A stretch of 64,000 bases of DNA from Bacteroidia bacterium (GTDB lineage: Bacteria > Bacteroidota > Bacteroidia > UKL13-3): NCBI GenBank assembly GCA_025454875.1, contig JALONP010000009.1, positions 65,696 to 129,695 on the forward strand, given 5' to 3'. The notes under the pieces are model-generated. The model searched no databases. It had not been told where the DNA came from and saw only the letters and a program-made list of their open reading frames with translations. Below are positions 31,101 through 39,338 of this stretch, in pieces (the first letter of the stretch is position 1; every line of letters starts with the position of its first letter). The translations under genes were made by a program, and so were the position numbers.

Positions 31101-32376
31101 CATTTTTGTTGGCATTAATACCGTTACCCGTTAGGTATGCATATAACGAGTTTGCTGTATCATCAGGGAAAGTATCAAACGGATTTGGATTAACTGTCCA
31201 GTAAGGATTGCTTCTTTTTGAAACCTCACCTAAGTCCGCAAAACCGACCACATCCCGCGAGTTATCAAACGCACCAGTTCTGTTGGTAACCCAAACCTCA
31301 ACACGGTTAATGATAATTGGTGATGTGATTATTACAGGATTGGCCACCCATGCATCATAATTATCGCGGAAATAATGCGATAAAAAGTAATGGCGGTTCA
31401 TATCATAGTTGTCGGCTTGAATATCGAAGCGCGTATTTTGCGCACCACCTGCAATTTCCGTTTCGGTTGTTTTACCGCGCTGTTGGGTAATAATACTTGT
31501 AACCGTTAGGCGGCCAAATTGTAAAACGGTTTTAATACCAAATAAGCTTTGGCTACCCGAAATCAGACTTGAGTTGAGCGGTAGGTTCACATTTCCTAAC
31601 TCAATTTTTTTGATGATATCATCCTCTTTACCACTAAAATCGAGCTTTACTTGGTTTTCAAAATCAAAAGTTGCTTCGGTATCATAGTTGAGGTTGATGT
31701 TTAACCGATCACCTACTTTTCCGGTAACAGCCAATTGAATTTTTTGCCTAAAATCAAATTGTCCGGTGGTTTGCTGTTGAGGCGCAAATGCAGGGTTTTT
31801 GACAGTATTAAAGTTTCCTGCAAAGATGAGTTCAGCAGTTCCACGCGGCCTAATATCAATTACACCTGAGCCAAAAATGCGTTCAAAAATTTTGGGCCCA
31901 ACCCTTAATGGGGGAATAATACCACTCCCACTTACAAAGTTGTTGGCTTGCGAACGCTGTTTAAAATATTGTTGGTTTTGCCGTTGATTTTCGTTTTGCA
32001 ATTGATCTTTAACCGAAATAGAAGCAGGTAATCTGTAATCCATCCCGCCAATTTTAGAGCTGTAATTATAGCTGTTGGTGTTAGGGTCGAGCTCGTATTT
32101 GTTTTTGATGGCTGGGGGTTCGGCCAAATCAAAGCCACCTCTAGGTGGATTTAAGTCGTAAGGCTTGCGGTCTTTAATGGGGTAAGGGAGTTTATTTTTT
32201 ACTGCAGTGTCACCATTGGTTGAGTCGGGAGGCATTAATGCCAAGTGAAAAACCGGTTCGGCAAAACTTTCCAGCACGGCAAAACTTTCGGCCAAAGCTT
32301 CGCCACCCATCATGAAAAGGCAGATGGCTAAAATTCGGGAAATCGATATGTATGCTTTTTGCGAGTTACTTAACAA
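25165..32376 (-). CDS. sprA: Type IX secretion system translocon / gliding-motility protein SprA (Sov).
   Basis: 2403-aa ORF with a signal-like N-terminus. The same size class and ruvA-adjacent placement are recalled from Flavobacterium johnsoniae SprA. Apparent TTG start at 32376; the first ATG is 22 codons downstream. Confidence 0.85.
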   Translation of the reverse strand: MLSNSQKAYISISRILAICLFMMGGEALAESFAVLESFAEPVFHLALMPPDSTNGDTAVKNKLPYPIKDRKPYDLNPPRGGFDLAEPPAIKNKYELDPNTNSYNYSSKIGGMDYRLPASISVKDQLQNENQRQNQQYFKQRSQANNFVSGSGIIPPLRVGPKIFERIFGSGVIDIRPRGTAELIFAGNFNTVKNPAFAPQQQTTGQFDFRQKIQLAVTGKVGDRLNINLNYDTEATFDFENQVKLDFSGKEDDIIKKIELGNVNLPLNSSLISGSQSLFGIKTVLQFGRLTVTSIITQQRGKTTETEIAGGAQNTRFDIQADNYDMNRHYFLSHYFRDNYDAWVANPVIITSPIIINRVEVWVTNRTGAFDNSRDVVGFADLGEVSKRSNPYWTVNPNPFDTFPDDTANSLYAYLTGNGINANKNGLRSSFELQNQLLKDQPITKLQPIAQYQAISYARLLSPSEYTVNPRLGYISLNQTLNNDDVLCVAFEYTLNGRTYKVGEFTTDLPPNPDNPNVLFTKMLKGPSLRPDLPIWDLMMKNIYSLGTFQLQAKDFRLNIIYADDPSGADLNYLPVQNEPQLSALPLVQVLNLDNFNTQQERAPDGNFDFIEGVTVNSAQGRIIFPVLEPFGSYLASKFVNDPTRARYYSFYELYDSTRFAAIQLPQYNKFFLRGNYSGNSNSEISLGQSNIPRGSVRVTANGAPLTENQDFTVDYFAGRVKIINTGLLNSGAVIKVSSESNSLFSVQQKSLLGTRLDYKVNRDFVLGGTVLYLNERPLTPKVNIGEEPISNVIIGVDGTWKKESRFLTKLVDKLPFIETKEISNIAIQGEYARLIPGVQSSLANRGTAYLDDFEGSETPFDLRLGNNWSLASTPQGQFDLFPEGNTFNTLEYGFKRANLAWYTIATTFYLNNAQTPEHITNDDAQLSDHRVRQVGVNEVFPSRQIQQGQPNILATLDLAFYPNERGPYNYTISGLNADGTLNNPRQNWGGIMRKIDQNDFEASNIDYIEVWMMDPYLSNPNPNNSGELYINLGNVSEDILRDNRRAAENGIPRSTDPALQFTDTTVWGRVPRTPVVNFAFDADPAARTRQDVGLDGLSDDGERAVFDTSYLQRVAAAYGTTSQAYQNAINDPSYDNYRYFLSTQVYDPIQASILDRYRRFNKHQGNSPTVEQGGESFATSATNTPDNEDINRDYTLNDIEEYYQYKVDISKSRLIVGQNFVTDSITTPVQLKNGKTEPVTWYQLKIPIREYQKRVGEIIDFKSIRFIRMYMRGFDSSQVLRFGAFQLVRADWRKYLGNLEAGKEAIPGDPEDETKFVVSTVNIEKNSLRVPIPYRVPPGIQREIDFSTPQAIQQNEQSLSVLVCNLNDGDARAVFKNLTTDLRQYSKLRMFIHAEGDVATKDGDVTAFIRLGTDLTNNYYEYEIPLKLTRQGQISDDEIWPLDNEMIIELEEFINTKIQRTNANHPFTAPYFRQLGKAKFTVVGLPDLSQVRVAMLGIRNPKAVPGSIDDGAPKCTEVWFNELRMTGFNNRGGWAANARVQAKLADFANMQLSGSISTVGFGGLDKKLNQRNFDDQYQFDVQSNFELGKFLPKKSGLSIPMFVSYGNTLIRPFYNPLNPDTRLQKEIDESTNPDYINQIQRAADDFTARRSLNFTNIRKSNTNPNAKKRFWRLENFTFTYSFNETYRRNQVLEYYLLQNYKTISGYNYTFTAKPWEPFKSIKSKQLTLIKDFNLFFKPQGWGLRLETDRRYGVTINRNNDLQGIQLAPLYDKMYTMTRYYEFRYDLSRGLKFDYNANVFARIDEPLGEISENTPEKRDSIRQNLLRGGRLMQFDQTARVNYNVPINKLPYMGWVSQSSYTYTATYQWKQAPPAADSLGNTISNSRAQAYNLNFNMVMLYNLIPILKQVNNPGQSKRPSAQKEEKPALSKDKKGKQDAKKEEEKPERKLSPALTYTLKVLMSLKNASGSYTKNEGSSLPGFKPTPQYLGQNMDLAAPGFDFILGSQDAAFRKRAAQNGWLSDDPRITNFAAQTVSENLTGRATLEPFTDFRIELNMSRTRSQSSSVLFRFDTVTNEFIDVNQPNVNGSYSITFNTWKSTFSKELENGNTEVFEEFQRNRVVIAQRLAAESSSGVTGIDSNGFPLGYSRAQQDVLIPAFLAAYGGSDPASIKLSAFPTLPDANWRITYSGLSKLEKIKEYASNVTINHQYSSTYTVNSFQSILTDSANSVNPLTGDAVPQFQIRQISIQERFGPFCGIDVTLVNNVTAKLEYKRDRMLNFSLTNGQLNEQIGREWVIGSGYRTTKLTIPFKINGRRLTMNSDINFRLDFGIRYNVTKIRNIDRPSNDAVQGQRVITLRPTIDYNISEQLMLRIFYDYRRTDPETSNTFPTVIQSGGFSLRYTIQ

Positions 32377-32392
32377 AGTAGAGTTTTTCCAT

Positions 32393-32980
32393 CTAAAGCA
32401 TTTTTAAGGTGTTTTTGACTAATTCTTCTACTGTGTATTGGGGGTTTTGTTGCCTTACCTTCACTAAGGCTTTTTCGGCTTCGTTTTTAGAGAATCCTAG
32501 CATCACAAGGGCTGCCAACGCTTCTTCCATCAATACATTTCGGGTATTTACCAATGATAGTTCACCAACAGAATCATCACCGCCTTTAATTTTATTTTTT
32601 AAATCAATCACCACTTTTTGGGCTGTTTTTTCACCTATTCCTTTAACGGTTTTTATTAACGCCCAATTACCCGCTGATATTGCCTCTCTAATATCTGCAG
32701 GCTTTAAAGAAGAAAGCATGAGGCGGGCGGTGTTTGGCCCAACTCCATTTACCGAAATAAGCAAAATGAATAATTGTTTTTCAGCCTCATCTGCAAAACC
32801 AAACAGCGTGTGGCTATCTTCCTTGATAACCAAATGTGTTTGTAGGCGAACACGCTCACTCTCGCCTAACTTCTCATAAGTATGAAGGGAAATATGCACC
32901 ATATACCCAATACCATTACAATCAAGCACCACATATGTAGGGGTTTTTGTGGTTAATTTTCCATCTAAATGTGCAATCAC
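32393..32980 (-). CDS. ruvA: Holliday junction branch-migration protein RuvA.
   Basis: MIAHLDGKL...YVVLDCNGIGYMVHISLHTY... N-terminal OB domain, HhH region (VNGVGPNTARLMLSSL, KGIGEKTAQKVVIDLKNK) and a C-terminal RuvB-binding domain. GTG start. Confidence 0.85.
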   Translation of the reverse strand: MIAHLDGKLTTKTPTYVVLDCNGIGYMVHISLHTYEKLGESERVRLQTHLVIKEDSHTLFGFADEAEKQLFILLISVNGVGPNTARLMLSSLKPADIREAISAGNWALIKTVKGIGEKTAQKVVIDLKNKIKGGDDSVGELSLVNTRNVLMEEALAALVMLGFSKNEAEKALVKVRQQNPQYTVEELVKNTLKML

Positions 32981-33031
32981 GGCTTTGTTTTGGTCTAAAT
33001 TAAGGTTACGGTAAGGCCGCTAAAATAAGAA

Positions 33032-33388
33032 ATGTTTTTAACTTTGAAAGCAATGAAGGGGATGAAAACAGCCATTTGGTATAAGCGCTGCAATTTATTA
33101 TTGCTTTTTATTTGCATTTGCCCTATGCTGATGAGCGCTAAACCCAAGCCTGTCAAGGAAAAACAGTATTATCCCAATGGCCAATTGCAGGCAGTTGGCT
33201 TCATGGCAAATGGATTAAAAGATAAACGTTGGGAATACTATTCGCCAGAGGGGGTGAGGTTAAGAACTGAGAAATGGAACCAAGGCAAACTCCGCTGGCA
33301 AATTTGGTATACGGCTAAAGGCAAAATAGCCAAAACAATAGATGCTAATGGTAAGGAAAAGATAAGGCCCGCATGTGGCTGTTCGTAA
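33032..33388 (+). CDS. Small MORN-variant repeat protein (YwqK-like).
   Basis: ...KQYYPNGQLQAVGFMANGLKDKRWEYYSPEGVRL...; start ambiguous. Confidence 0.35.
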   Translation: MFLTLKAMKGMKTAIWYKRCNLLLLFICICPMLMSAKPKPVKEKQYYPNGQLQAVGFMANGLKDKRWEYYSPEGVRLRTEKWNQGKLRWQIWYTAKGKIAKTIDANGKEKIRPACGCS

Positions 33389-33463
33389 AGGGAGTATGTT
33401 GTTTGGTAATAAAAAACCCGTTGTTGTGGCAACGGGTTTTGGGTATAGGTTTGGGCAGCTAAT

Positions 33464-34339
33464 TTAGTTACAACCAGCTTCTACTTTAGGTTTGTCTGTC
33501 GAACTATCGTCATCGCTGCTCCAGTTTTTTTTGCGTACGATAAATTCAATATCCTGTAAGTTTTGGGTTGGAGGTATGTTAAAAAAGGTTCGAGGTATCA
33601 TGTACAATTTCCATTGTGTGGCGCTGCTGTTTTCCAATCTTAATTTAGGGTTATTGGGTACTTGGAAAAAGGTAGACGGCTGGTAAATCGAGACTACTTG
33701 TGTGGTGGTGTCAATAGCTGTTGCTCTTACGAAAACATAAAGTTCTTCAGTAGGGCTGAGGTTTCGCATGGTAGCCTTTTTCTCTGCAGCATTATCATAT
33801 GTTAAGGTCATAATTTCATCGCTCAACAGTACACTAGGAAACAAGTATACAGCACCTTTATCCGTTTTAGGAGGGTTGACTGGTAAGTTAATATCATTTG
33901 ATTTAATATCAGGATCACCGTATCCTCCACCATTTTTGGGTTTTACTAAGAATGAAAGGCCCTTGGTGTAAACATCAGAAGCCGAAACTCCATAGAATTC
34001 AGTAGGTGTCATTTCATACTTCCATACCTTAGGACCTTTTTCCGGAACAGCGGTCATTTTAAGTGCTTCGTTTGAGTTCTGCCAAGCTTTTTCTCCTTCT
34101 CCATTAACCAATGGATGGCCTATTGGATGTTCTGCAGGTCTCCATGTCCAAATATACATTGGGCCTGGATTGTCAAATAATTTTTGGTTGTGCTCAAGGC
34201 TCAAATCAAGTTTCGATAAATCAACATAAATGGTGATAGGTTCATTGGCAAGGGTAGGTTCAGGTTCAATCCAAGCCAATTGAGCCATGCTAATATTGGC
34301 AATCGCCATTAATGCGAGTATTGCACTAATCTTTTTCAT
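33464..34339 (-). CDS. Secreted hypothetical protein, last gene of the SusC/SusD operon (possible surface glycan-binding accessory protein).
   Basis: Signal peptide MKKISAILALMAIANISMAQ. Co-oriented with and downstream of SusD and the lipoprotein. Confidence 0.45.
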   Translation of the reverse strand: MKKISAILALMAIANISMAQLAWIEPEPTLANEPITIYVDLSKLDLSLEHNQKLFDNPGPMYIWTWRPAEHPIGHPLVNGEGEKAWQNSNEALKMTAVPEKGPKVWKYEMTPTEFYGVSASDVYTKGLSFLVKPKNGGGYGDPDIKSNDINLPVNPPKTDKGAVYLFPSVLLSDEIMTLTYDNAAEKKATMRNLSPTEELYVFVRATAIDTTTQVVSIYQPSTFFQVPNNPKLRLENSSATQWKLYMIPRTFFNIPPTQNLQDIEFIVRKKNWSSDDDSSTDKPKVEAGCN

Positions 34340-34347
34340 AGGTATTC

Positions 34348-34848
34348 TTAATTACGAATAAAAGTTAAACGGTATACACTTACTACTTTATCATTACAAA
34401 GTACCGATTGATCAATTTTTAAATAGGTATCGGTTGGCCTGATGGTGCTGGCTAATGGCATGGTAATCGAAGACGAAGAACCCGTTGGTGTAAGTATCAA
34501 TTTGGTTGGGAAATCGGCATTATCAAATTGCCATGTTCCCGAAGTTCCACCAAAAAAGGAATAAAGCACACCAGTAGTGTCTGCTTGATACACACCGGTT
34601 GTGCCTTCCATTTGAAAACGGATATTGGGCATTTTAGCACCTTTTGAAAAATACGGAGTGATGTTTAGTGTTTCTTCAACGATTGAAGCCTTATCAATGA
34701 CTGCACAGTCTTGCAATACCCATGAAGCAGAAATGCCTTCAACCTTGCTCGGCACTTCGCCAATTTCTTTATACTCTTTGCGGCAAGAACTGAGTGCGAC
34801 AATACCAAAAATTAAGCAAACGAATGCGTTATTTATTTTCATATTCAA
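34348..34848 (-). CDS. Lipoprotein, SusE/SusF-position accessory protein of the starch locus.
   Basis: Lipobox-like ...VALSSC followed by RKEY. It begins 18 nt downstream of the SusD stop. Confidence 0.5.
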   Translation of the reverse strand: MNMKINNAFVCLIFGIVALSSCRKEYKEIGEVPSKVEGISASWVLQDCAVIDKASIVEETLNITPYFSKGAKMPNIRFQMEGTTGVYQADTTGVLYSFFGGTSGTWQFDNADFPTKLILTPTGSSSSITMPLASTIRPTDTYLKIDQSVLCNDKVVSVYRLTFIRN

Positions 34849-34865
34849 ATATAATTAGTATCAAA

Positions 34866-36272
34866 TTAATTGCATCCACCAGAAGGATTAAAGACAAAAT
34901 TTTGGCCACCTTCGCGGGCGTGAAACTGTAAAACCATTCCTGGGCAATTCCACGGAGCATTGCGAATGGTTAGTGCCGGCTCAAAAAAGGCTCCTCTTCT
35001 TTTAAGAACTTGCAATCGATCACCTTCACAAAACATTTCCAAACGTCTTTGTTTACGCACTTCTGCTAAAACTTGTGATTGCAGAGCATTGCTTGGCAAA
35101 GTTCTAGTTAATGAGTCGCTGTAAGCTCGTTTAATAATTAGGTTTACATCATCAATAGCTGTTGTCAGATTGGTGCCCTGTTCAGCCAATATTTCAGCTC
35201 TTAATAAGTGCATATCTGTTAAATGTAAAATAGGTACCGAGAAATAATCTTGGTTGAACTTTGTTACACCATAAAACTCGTTCGAATTGCCAGCATTGAA
35301 TATTTGCACCAAGTTTTTTCCTCGTTTGTCCAATGTATCATTAGTTAATGCCAAATATAAATCACGCGTAATAGTGTAGTTTGGTGTTTTAGTATCACTT
35401 CGATATTGGTCTCTAAACTCAACTGAGCGATTATCATTTTGTCCAGTACTAACTGTTTTAAAAATGTATTCCGATTCAGATGCCGCATTGTCAAATCTAT
35501 TCACGGAAGTACTCAAGGTTTTGCCACTTGTATTAATTACTTCGTTGATTAATGGCAAAGCTAAATTACCTTGATTTAGCATAAAATATACCTTAGCTAG
35601 GAGAGCTTGTGCCGCACTTTTGGTGGCATAATTTCCGTTGCTTGCGGGTAGGTTGCCAATCGCATATTGCAAATCACTAATAATAAAATCATATGTTTCT
35701 TGCACTGTGCTGCGTCCTTTTGGTTGCGTAGAAGCCTCATTTCTGATTACAACTCCTAAGTGGGAGTTATCTGATGTATAGCCTGGAGGTTGGGCCCATA
35801 ATTTGGCAACTTCCCAATGGCATAATGCACGCAAAAATCGGCCTTCAGCACTTATTCGGATTCTTTCAGATTCTGATACACCAACTTTATCATAAAACCT
35901 TTCAAGGTTATTTACACGCATGCTAATAATATACATATCGGCATAAAGTCTTCTAGTATCATCGTTAAAAATAATGGTGCTGCGGTTGTAAATCTCTGCT
36001 TTATTTCCCGCATCACTCACGAACAGCACCAAGTCATCTGACATTAAATCTGAAAACGACTGCGATTTGCCATTCAGAGCATTAGCCAACGCATCGTAAC
36101 AAGAATTAAGCAAATTTTGAACATCCTGAGGCGTGCGTATTGCATCTTCTTCAACAAATAATGTTTCAGGGACCTCTTCAGTAATTTTTACACACGCATT
36201 TAGTGTAAACAAAGTTGTAAACACAACTAATAAAATCAAAGTGTTGTATCGAAAATTCATAAATCTGTTCAT
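34866..36272 (-). CDS. susD: RagB/SusD-family nutrient-binding outer-membrane lipoprotein.
   Basis: Lipoprotein signal (...FTLNAC). 468 aa, TPR-like helical protein. Its start overlaps the SusC stop by 1 nt. Confidence 0.8.
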   Translation of the reverse strand: MNRFMNFRYNTLILLVVFTTLFTLNACVKITEEVPETLFVEEDAIRTPQDVQNLLNSCYDALANALNGKSQSFSDLMSDDLVLFVSDAGNKAEIYNRSTIIFNDDTRRLYADMYIISMRVNNLERFYDKVGVSESERIRISAEGRFLRALCHWEVAKLWAQPPGYTSDNSHLGVVIRNEASTQPKGRSTVQETYDFIISDLQYAIGNLPASNGNYATKSAAQALLAKVYFMLNQGNLALPLINEVINTSGKTLSTSVNRFDNAASESEYIFKTVSTGQNDNRSVEFRDQYRSDTKTPNYTITRDLYLALTNDTLDKRGKNLVQIFNAGNSNEFYGVTKFNQDYFSVPILHLTDMHLLRAEILAEQGTNLTTAIDDVNLIIKRAYSDSLTRTLPSNALQSQVLAEVRKQRRLEMFCEGDRLQVLKRRGAFFEPALTIRNAPWNCPGMVLQFHAREGGQNFVFNPSGGCN

Positions 36273-39200
36273 TAAAAATTAACTGATAGCTGAAAAGTTA
36301 CGGTGCGCTCCTGTGGTGGCGTTAAGTAAGTGATATTTGGGCTCATGTTTCTGTCAGTTGGGTTCTCAAAGTCACGTGCAATTTCTGGATCCAATCCAGT
36401 ATATCGCGTAAACGTTAACAAATTGGTTCCAATTAATGACATACGCATGGATGTTAGTTTTATCTTTTGGCAGAAACTACGTGGTAAATTGTAGCCAATC
36501 GTTACGTTTCTTAATCTAATAAAGCTTCCATCTTCCAACCATTGTGTAGTATTAATCCAAGGCGTGCTGCTTCCGTAAGTCTCGGTATTGCGTGTTAACC
36601 GTGGAAATGCAGCTTGGTCGCCTGGTTTTTGCCAGCGGTCAAATAAGTCGGTTCGCATATTCCAATTGGTTACTACACCGTTTTGGCGTTTGGCTGATGA
36701 TTCATAAATATCTGAACCATAAACAAAGTTAAATAAGAAACTTAAGTCCCAGTTTTTATACCTAAAGTTATTCCCTAATCCACCAATTGCTTTTGGTTGC
36801 ACACTTCCAACTACCACGCGGTCTTTAGGATCCCATTTAAAGGTTTCGTTACCATCTTTGTCAATATACACTGGTTTGCCTGTTGCAGGATCCACCCCTT
36901 TAAAGCGAACGAGGTAATTGGCACCTACGGGTTCACCTACCACAATACGGGTGTCATTCGTTCCACCTTCTAAAGCATCTTGTGCAAACTCACCAATGCT
37001 TGTTATTTCATTCCAGTTGCGCGCAACGTTGAAGTTGGTTGTCCAGGTAAAATCCTTTTTCACAATATTGCGTGATACAATACTAAACTCCACACCTGAA
37101 TTTCGAATTTCTCCTACGTTTCCAATAAATTGGCTGAAGCCAGTAGAAGGAGGCGTATACAAGTCCATGATCACATCACTCGTACGCCTATCGTATACAT
37201 CAACAGTTGCCATTATTCTATCTTTAAGAAATCCGATATCAATTCCCCCATTTAATGTCCAAGATGTTTCCCAACGAAAATCTGGGTTAGGTAAATTAAT
37301 AGGATACGTTATCGGTTGGCCATTATAGGGTCCCGAGGAATTTGTAGGGGCCCAAATTGATACGTAGTTAAACTGGGGAGTGTTCGCATTCCCGCTTTTA
37401 CCATATGATGCACGAATTTTAGTTGTGCTTACGTGGCGAATTTTAAAAAACGACTCGTCTGATATAATATAAGTTGCAGATACAGCAGGAAAATATCCAG
37501 CCCTGTTGTTAGGTCCAAATTTGGTACTTTCATCCCGCCTAATAACGAACTCTGCAAAGTAGCGTTGTTTGTAATTATAGTTTAACCTCGAAAAAATACT
37601 TCTAAAATAAAAGTCACTCGGAGCATTAAAACGTGATTGAACAGTGGTTTGTGGTGTCGTTGCATTATCGTCCCATTGGCCATTCAGCATATTAGCTGCG
37701 TTATAGCTACTCGTCTTGGTTTGTGAGCCTTGGTATTCGTAGGCTCCCATTATGTTAATATTGTGTATTTTGTTAAACGTTTTACGATAAGTGAGCATTC
37801 CATAATAGTTAAAATTGGTGACAAACGTAGCATTGCGGTTGGCTTGGCCAATATTTGTGGTTGAATTTAACAATGCTGCTGGATCATATTGGTCATCTTT
37901 TAACTCCATATAATCTAAACTGTAACGAGCTGTTGCTGTTAACCCTTCGATAATTTGGTAGTTCAACTCAGCATTGTTGATGGTTCGCAATTCGGTGGTA
38001 CGCCAGCGTTTGAGTTCCTGAATCCTAACAGGATTCTCTCCGCCTTGAAAATAATTTCCCAAACTATCATATACTGGGTAAATAGGCAGTGCGGTGCTCA
38101 TTGCCGCACCTAATCCGCCCGACCAAGCAGCATTGGCTCTATAATTTGTACCTTGGCTTAACGATGTTGAAAGTGAAACGCGCAATTTTTTGGTGATATT
38201 ATAATCTCCGTTAATACGACCTGATACCCGCTCATACCGATTGCCCACCAAAAAACTCTCGTTATTATCGTATCCAACTCCAGCATAATAGGAGCCTCTT
38301 TTTCCTTGCTGGCTGATTGATAGGTTATGTGTGTTTTTGAATCCAGTTCTTGTGGTTAAATCTACCCAATCTGTATTGGTTCTTCTTGCTTGTTCCCATG
38401 TTATGCCTCCTGGTAATGGTGCTAAACCAACACCACCATCATTCTCATAGGCTTCTTGATACAATTGAAGGTATTGTGCTGAGTTAAGCATATTGGGTAG
38501 TGCTGTTGGTTGCGAAATACCAACCCGTGCATTGTAATTAACGCTCAATTTACCTTTAGTTCCACCCCCTCTTTTGGTTGTAATCAAAATAACACCATTT
38601 GATCCTCGTGATCCATAGATGGCTTGTGCTGCTGCATCTTTTAATACCTCAATACTCGCAATATCATCTGGATTAATCGTAGCAAGCGGATTGTTATTCA
38701 TTCCGCCACTGTTACCATTTAAGAAAAAATCTTGCGTAATAGGTATCCCATCAACAACATATAGTGGGTCGCCTCCAGCACTTACCGAAGCAATACCACG
38801 TATGCGAATAACTGCTGCCGAACCTGCAAGTCCGCTTCCTGTTGTAACTTGTACTCCCGGTAACTTGGCTTGCAATGCACTTTCAAAACTTTGAACAGGC
38901 ATATCGTTCAGTTCCTTGCTGTTAATTTTAGAAATTGAGCCGGTAACTTCTCTTTTTAACTTGGTACCGTAACCTACCACTACTACATCTTCAAGTGAAT
39001 TTTTGTCTTCTTTTAACGTGAATGTTGGGGTCGCGTCATTGTTATCAGCAACCGCAGTTATGTCGGCAGTTACTGTTACATAACCTATATACGAAATTTT
39101 AATTTTGTAGTTACCGGGCTGTAAATTTTTGATTTCAAATACACCAAGGGCGTCTGTAACGGAACCGAATTTTGTTTTTTCAATTACGATTGTTGCGCCA

Positions 39201-39325
39201 ATCACCGGTTCATTTTTGTCATCAAGTACCCTGCCTCGTATTTTTTCGCCAAATGCTTGTATCGAAACAAACAACAACAAACCAAGTGCATAAAAATGAG
39301 TAAAACGATTATTCATAAGCTTCAA
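36272..39325 (-). CDS. susC: SusC/RagA-family TonB-dependent outer-membrane transporter.
   Basis: 1017 aa. N-terminal carboxypeptidase-regulatory-like domain (IRGRVLDDKNEPVIGATIVI), a TonB-box-like DVVVVGYGT, a plug (...LYVVDGIPI...) and a long barrel ending in the C-terminal ...TFQLSVNF. Confidence 0.85.
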   Translation of the reverse strand: MKLMNNRFTHFYALGLLLFVSIQAFGEKIRGRVLDDKNEPVIGATIVIEKTKFGSVTDALGVFEIKNLQPGNYKIKISYIGYVTVTADITAVADNNDATPTFTLKEDKNSLEDVVVVGYGTKLKREVTGSISKINSKELNDMPVQSFESALQAKLPGVQVTTGSGLAGSAAVIRIRGIASVSAGGDPLYVVDGIPITQDFFLNGNSGGMNNNPLATINPDDIASIEVLKDAAAQAIYGSRGSNGVILITTKRGGGTKGKLSVNYNARVGISQPTALPNMLNSAQYLQLYQEAYENDGGVGLAPLPGGITWEQARRTNTDWVDLTTRTGFKNTHNLSISQQGKRGSYYAGVGYDNNESFLVGNRYERVSGRINGDYNITKKLRVSLSTSLSQGTNYRANAAWSGGLGAAMSTALPIYPVYDSLGNYFQGGENPVRIQELKRWRTTELRTINNAELNYQIIEGLTATARYSLDYMELKDDQYDPAALLNSTTNIGQANRNATFVTNFNYYGMLTYRKTFNKIHNINIMGAYEYQGSQTKTSSYNAANMLNGQWDDNATTPQTTVQSRFNAPSDFYFRSIFSRLNYNYKQRYFAEFVIRRDESTKFGPNNRAGYFPAVSATYIISDESFFKIRHVSTTKIRASYGKSGNANTPQFNYVSIWAPTNSSGPYNGQPITYPINLPNPDFRWETSWTLNGGIDIGFLKDRIMATVDVYDRRTSDVIMDLYTPPSTGFSQFIGNVGEIRNSGVEFSIVSRNIVKKDFTWTTNFNVARNWNEITSIGEFAQDALEGGTNDTRIVVGEPVGANYLVRFKGVDPATGKPVYIDKDGNETFKWDPKDRVVVGSVQPKAIGGLGNNFRYKNWDLSFLFNFVYGSDIYESSAKRQNGVVTNWNMRTDLFDRWQKPGDQAAFPRLTRNTETYGSSTPWINTTQWLEDGSFIRLRNVTIGYNLPRSFCQKIKLTSMRMSLIGTNLLTFTRYTGLDPEIARDFENPTDRNMSPNITYLTPPQERTVTFQLSVNF

Positions 39326-39338
39326 ATGATTTCAATAA

